Shown here piece by piece: positions 25,330 through 29,251 of a stretch of DNA of 29,251 nucleotides (position 1 is its first letter; each line of letters starts with the position of its first letter). The notes beneath the pieces were generated by a model. That model did not search any database. It worked only from the letters and a program-made list of their open reading frames with translations, and had not been told where the DNA came from. The position numbers and the translations under genes are program-made. Origin of the DNA: a virus (Duplodnaviria > Caudoviricetes); the IMG/VR virus record IMGVR_UViG_3300050154_000139, positions 1-29,251 of that record; one strand, given 5' to 3'.

Positions 25330-26763
25330 TTAAAATGAGTACCCGATCACGCTAATCGAATATACGCCGGAATTGGTATTTTGCGATTGCCAATATATAA
25401 CCTGAGGTGTTACCAAGGATAACTTGTAAAATGAACTTTGAGATGATGTGCCACTAGTTGATGCTGCTGATAAACCGAAAAGACCAACGCTTGTAGTGCC
25501 AGCACCAACATTTAATCCAACCCCTGAACCTGACGTATTTTGTTGCACGGTCATGCTTAATTTTACTTTTTTCGCATTCAAAGGGACACAGGATGCAATA
25601 GATAGTGACGCCAAGCTAGTTGATGCAGAGGTGGTGCTTAATGCGGAAGTATTGATAATAGTAATATCGCGATCAATTTGATATGCAACTGCAAATTGAC
25701 TACTAGCATTTGTTGGCCAGACCGATACTAACGCTGAGGCAGTATATCCACTCGGCATGTTGGCATTGCTATAAACCTCTGGCGCAGCTGAACTTGTTGC
25801 ATTTGAAGCCAATAACGCGGTTGCCCCGGTCGTCGGATTATAAATAGCATAAATAGCGACGAACCCAGACGCTGGTGCGGTTCCAGTATCCATACCGCCA
25901 GCGCCAGTGGTAGCAAGATTGATTGTTTGACTCAGGCTTGATAGCTGATAATTAATTCCACCAAGTGCTGTTGATACAATGACCTCGTCCGCTGTAAATG
26001 TGGCCGATGCCGATGCGGTTGTGACGGAACATTTCAGATTTCTTACGGCACCAGTAATCCCTGTGGTGGCCACTGCTTTAGCTTGAACGATGTTGGTTCC
26101 ATCACCATAAATGGAATATGCAGTTTGGTACCCTTGGGATAATGTAGCAACACCAGTGCCTGATGCAGTCTTGCATGTCACCGTAAACGCGCCAGTGCAG
26201 TTATTAATCACTGTCCAGCGCTTTGTCCATGTTGGAAAAACAAGATTAAGGTTTGCAGTCAAAACGCCTGACAAAATGATGATGTCTTTCGCTGCTTGTG
26301 TCTGGGTCAGTGTGACATTTGAGCTGGTCATTGTGACAGCTGTGAAACCATACTGAGAATCAGGAACCCAGCCAGAACCTGACACGGTTGGATCTGCCGT
26401 GTTGCCATCAACGGTGTTCAGCCAATAACCATCTCCTGCTGCATTCAGTATTCTCGCCCCAAGAGGGTATCCGCTGGAGCCTGTCGCAAAAGTTGAATCG
26501 TATTGATAACCGCCACCCAGCATGTGCCAGCGCACGCCCTTGGATAAATCAAGGAAAATACCATTAAAGTCCTTGCCATCCGGCGGAACACCACCGGCGG
26601 CTTTCTGGATCATAGTTAATGGCGGAAATCCGTCATTGTATGATGCTGCGCCATCTGTAGTGCCAATTTGCGATGCATTAGGGATCGTGTTGATGTAACT
26701 CGCTCCGGCATTCCCAGCAAATGGGATCGCGCGTAGCGTTGGGTGATTCGATAGTGTTGGCAT
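25330..26763 (-). CDS. Tail fibre protein
   Basis: GFPPLTM...GGVPPDGKDFNGI...GYPLGA N-terminal domain; TTGAGGMDTGTAP region; follows DUF2612. Confidence 0.88.
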   Translation of the reverse strand: MPTLSNHPTLRAIPFAGNAGASYINTIPNASQIGTTDGAASYNDGFPPLTMIQKAAGGVPPDGKDFNGIFLDLSKGVRWHMLGGGYQYDSTFATGSSGYPLGARILNAAGDGYWLNTVDGNTADPTVSGSGWVPDSQYGFTAVTMTSSNVTLTQTQAAKDIIILSGVLTANLNLVFPTWTKRWTVINNCTGAFTVTCKTASGTGVATLSQGYQTAYSIYGDGTNIVQAKAVATTGITGAVRNLKCSVTTASASATFTADEVIVSTALGGINYQLSSLSQTINLATTGAGGMDTGTAPASGFVAIYAIYNPTTGATALLASNATSSAAPEVYSNANMPSGYTASALVSVWPTNASSQFAVAYQIDRDITIINTSALSTTSASTSLASLSIASCVPLNAKKVKLSMTVQQNTSGSGVGLNVGAGTTSVGLFGLSAASTSGTSSQSSFYKLSLVTPQVIYWQSQNTNSGVYSISVIGYSF

Positions 26764-27423
26764 TTATTGCACCTGCTCAATCAGATTTCGTGTGAAAAAT
26801 ACGCCTTGCCCGAATGGTTCGTATTCATTACCCGGTGTTTGAAAACCGAAATTATCTACTGATGGTAACACATAACACTTTACCCCAGAAGGGCGCGGAA
26901 ATGCCCCTGATGACGTGATGATCGCCAGCTCGTAATTCTCCAGCGCAAACTCAAAAACAAAATGCATACGCATATCACCATCATCCATGACATAACACCG
27001 TCCACGGCCTGAAAATAGGTTTGTGAGAAGTGTATTAATTGTGCCGCTGGTTGCTCGGCTGATATTCGTGAGCGCTTTCACCATGATCAAAGTTCTGAAT
27101 GCATCATCACTCAGGCGATATGATGTAGTTGCTTCGTCCCCAGCAAAAAAAACGGCTTGGCCGAATGGTTGCCAATCGCTCGCTGAGTTTTTAAAACCGA
27201 AATAATCCGGCGTGGTTTCAATTGTCAGGATCCTGGATACATTCACGATCTGCCCCCAGACATCAAGACCATAAATGTTTGCCGTGTTCACATTCCAAAT
27301 CAATTTCAGGAACGATTCAATGTCTTTTGTTGGGTCGATGCATGCGTTAAAGTTTTGGATTATCTTCAGCAAAATCGGGCTATTCTGATATTGTGAAATG
27401 ATTGTTTTTTCGACATCAATCAT
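26764..27423 (-). CDS. Baseplate protein, DUF2612
   Basis: TIISQYQNSP, GLDVWGQIV, LSDDAFRTLI, PRPSGV. Confidence 0.88.
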   Translation of the reverse strand: MIDVEKTIISQYQNSPILLKIIQNFNACIDPTKDIESFLKLIWNVNTANIYGLDVWGQIVNVSRILTIETTPDYFGFKNSASDWQPFGQAVFFAGDEATTSYRLSDDAFRTLIMVKALTNISRATSGTINTLLTNLFSGRGRCYVMDDGDMRMHFVFEFALENYELAIITSSGAFPRPSGVKCYVLPSVDNFGFQTPGNEYEPFGQGVFFTRNLIEQVQ

Positions 27424-28670
27424 GATAACACCACCGAAATATTTGATGTATCAAGTGTTGGGGCTTGATCCACACCGATTGTGACGGTTGTGGTTGTTGG
27501 GGCGGTAGATGTGCCCACATACATAGACGTAATGACCACATTATCATTCAGTGCTTTCACGCCTTCATAATACCGAGACGTGTCGATCTGCTTGCCAATC
27601 CGCTCACGGTTCCCGCCATCTTCCCCATTAAATGCTGACACGATCGCGGATTGAACTTGTGTGATGATATCGGACGGCAGGCTGGCGTTTGCTTGCAAAG
27701 TTACAGCAAAATGCACTGGCGTTGCTGTCGGAATGTTGTAGTTGATGGTGTATTGCGGGTACGGATAATCATAACTGGTGTCATAGATGATCGTGGATGT
27801 ATTTCCTGTGGTATTGCAGCCAGGCGCTTTCTTGGTGTAAATAGCATCAGCAATATCACTGGCCGTGCCGCCGACTGCCGCGACATACAAGCAGTTTTTC
27901 GGGATGCTGTAGTTTGTTGATCCAAGTGTTATCGCTACTGAATCGTAATTGTCATAGACGTAGCAATCTGTCACCCCTGTCACGCTCATGACTGCCGCCT
28001 TCACCGCTGCATTGTATCCGGTCGCATTAATTGCTACTGAATTTTTTCGACGATACTCAAAGTCTTGCTGTGTTTCTTCGTCGGCACCAAGTATCCCAGC
28101 GGATGGATTGGTGATGGTATCCCACCCGGTGATTTGTTGTGAGATGATGGTCAATGTGCCAGCGGCGCATGAAATTGGGCCGGTTTCCTGATTCTGAAAT
28201 TGAACCGTTGCCGTTCCTGTCGCCCCAATGGTCACATCCGCTGTCGAGGTGTACGTATAACCATTGGTATCTTGCGCTTCTGTGCCTGTTGGGATAACGG
28301 TACCATTAACACCGACCACAGTGCATGATACGGTCGTGGCCGTGGCCGCAACCCGGTCCATGTAATAGATATAACCGATGCAATCCTGGAATACACCTTC
28401 TGCTTTTTTTGGGTTAACCTGATTGCAGATATACAGGATCGAGTCATTTTTATCGCCAATGACAGCCGCCATGCTACTCGCGAGCTGCCCCTGCGGCGTC
28501 TGTAGGTCTTCCGTCAATTCCGTTCCAGTCAAAACCGTCCCGAATGCCGACTGAATATCTGCAAAAACCCCAGTCAGGATCGCGTCTTCCGTTGGTGCCG
28601 TAACCCCTGAATCATCAAAAGTAAGGCCTGTCACGTTGGTTGTTGGCTGAATTGTGGTTGTTAGTGTCAC
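27420..28670 (-). CDS. Baseplate J-like wedge protein
   Basis: TPQGQLA, GWDTITNP...G.DEET..FEYRR, KKAPGC. Confidence 0.9.
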   Translation of the reverse strand: MTLTTTIQPTTNVTGLTFDDSGVTAPTEDAILTGVFADIQSAFGTVLTGTELTEDLQTPQGQLASSMAAVIGDKNDSILYICNQVNPKKAEGVFQDCIGYIYYMDRVAATATTVSCTVVGVNGTVIPTGTEAQDTNGYTYTSTADVTIGATGTATVQFQNQETGPISCAAGTLTIISQQITGWDTITNPSAGILGADEETQQDFEYRRKNSVAINATGYNAAVKAAVMSVTGVTDCYVYDNYDSVAITLGSTNYSIPKNCLYVAAVGGTASDIADAIYTKKAPGCNTTGNTSTIIYDTSYDYPYPQYTINYNIPTATPVHFAVTLQANASLPSDIITQVQSAIVSAFNGEDGGNRERIGKQIDTSRYYEGVKALNDNVVITSMYVGTSTAPTTTTVTIGVDQAPTLDTSNISVVLS

Positions 28671-29020
28671 AGTGAAATCCCCGCTGATTCGCCATCTTCA
28701 TTAATGAATGTCAGTTGCCCCGAGATCTTACGCAGTGAGTACGTGTTGATCGTGCATTTTGCATCAACAACACCAGAAACGGACAAAGCCTCATCAGTGT
28801 AATACTGTTTCAACACATTGATCGGCGGAAAGTGCCCAAGAATGTTCTCCCAGTACTTGATCCCTTGGGTATTATCATACCAGCATTCGCCGTAAAATGT
28901 CCGACATCGGCACGCTACATCCTGCGCCTGAGATTCCGGATTTGATAGCGTGGCAATATTTCCGGAATCGTCAACCGTCAAATCCCATGTTGTCCAGTCA
29001 AGTGCTACTGTTGCGCTCAT
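28667..29020 (-). CDS. Baseplate wedge protein (gp25/gpW-like)
   Basis: WDLTVDDSGNIA...AQDVAC...FYGECWYDNTQGI.Y. Confidence 0.8.
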   Translation of the reverse strand: MSATVALDWTTWDLTVDDSGNIATLSNPESQAQDVACRCRTFYGECWYDNTQGIKYWENILGHFPPINVLKQYYTDEALSVSGVVDAKCTINTYSLRKISGQLTFINEDGESAGISL

Positions 29021-29251
29021 TAATTCGGTGCTCCTGTGCTGCCAGAACCGGTTTGCACGCCACTGTGGGTATGGGTATGCAGTGCGGTGCCATTGCCAGT
29101 GACTTCACCAGTGGCTGTGATTGATCCGCCAAATGTGGCATTGCCGCCATAGCTTCCAGAACCCTGAGACATTGGGCCATTCATCGTGATTGCTGGTGAT
29201 GACAGAACCGCTGATGACGTCCCATTGATCTCCACACTTGGGGCGCTCAGT
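29020..29251 (-). CDS. Baseplate central spike (gpV-like), C-terminal part only
   Basis: Gly/Thr beta repeats and the HTHTHSG metal-binding tip; frame is open to the window edge. Confidence 0.85.
   Translation of the reverse strand, partial: LSAPSVEINGTSSAVLSSPAITMNGPMSQGSGSYGGNATFGGSITATGEVTGNGTALHTHTHSGVQTGSGSTGAPN

Overview
A 29-kb segment of a tailed phage genome, probably infecting a proteobacterial (likely gammaproteobacterial) host, with almost all genes on the minus strand. From right to left it contains: contractile-tail baseplate genes (spike, wedge, baseplate J, DUF2612), a tail fibre and its small chaperone; a lysis cassette (holin, GH19 endolysin, Rz with embedded Rz1); an RdgC cluster; an accessory module with an SGNH esterase and beta-rich, virion-like proteins; many small accessory genes (DUF4406, DUF551, DUF6948 plus a Gly-repeat protein, MazG-like); a ~500-bp AT-rich non-coding region; and a T1-like replication/recombination module (DUF3987 ATPase, short beta-clamp homologue, degenerate primase, SF2 helicase, VRR-NUC, RecE-like exonuclease, ERF, SSB). 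The strongest signals are: (1) a phage-specific promoter element, TTGTAAAG-N4-GTAAAG-N26-GTAT(A/C)YT, found four times with exact spacing, twice with a terminator inside the spacer; (2) a ~310-bp nested inverted-repeat structure, probably the origin, next to a near-consensus LexA box; (3) a GT-A glycosyltransferase resembling a giant-virus family, plus a fibre-like cassette, inside the replication operon; (4) paired small beta-protein plus cargo genes, one with an SGNH esterase. No integrase, repressor, DNA polymerase, tRNA or CRISPR array was seen. All family calls are by motif recognition, not database search.
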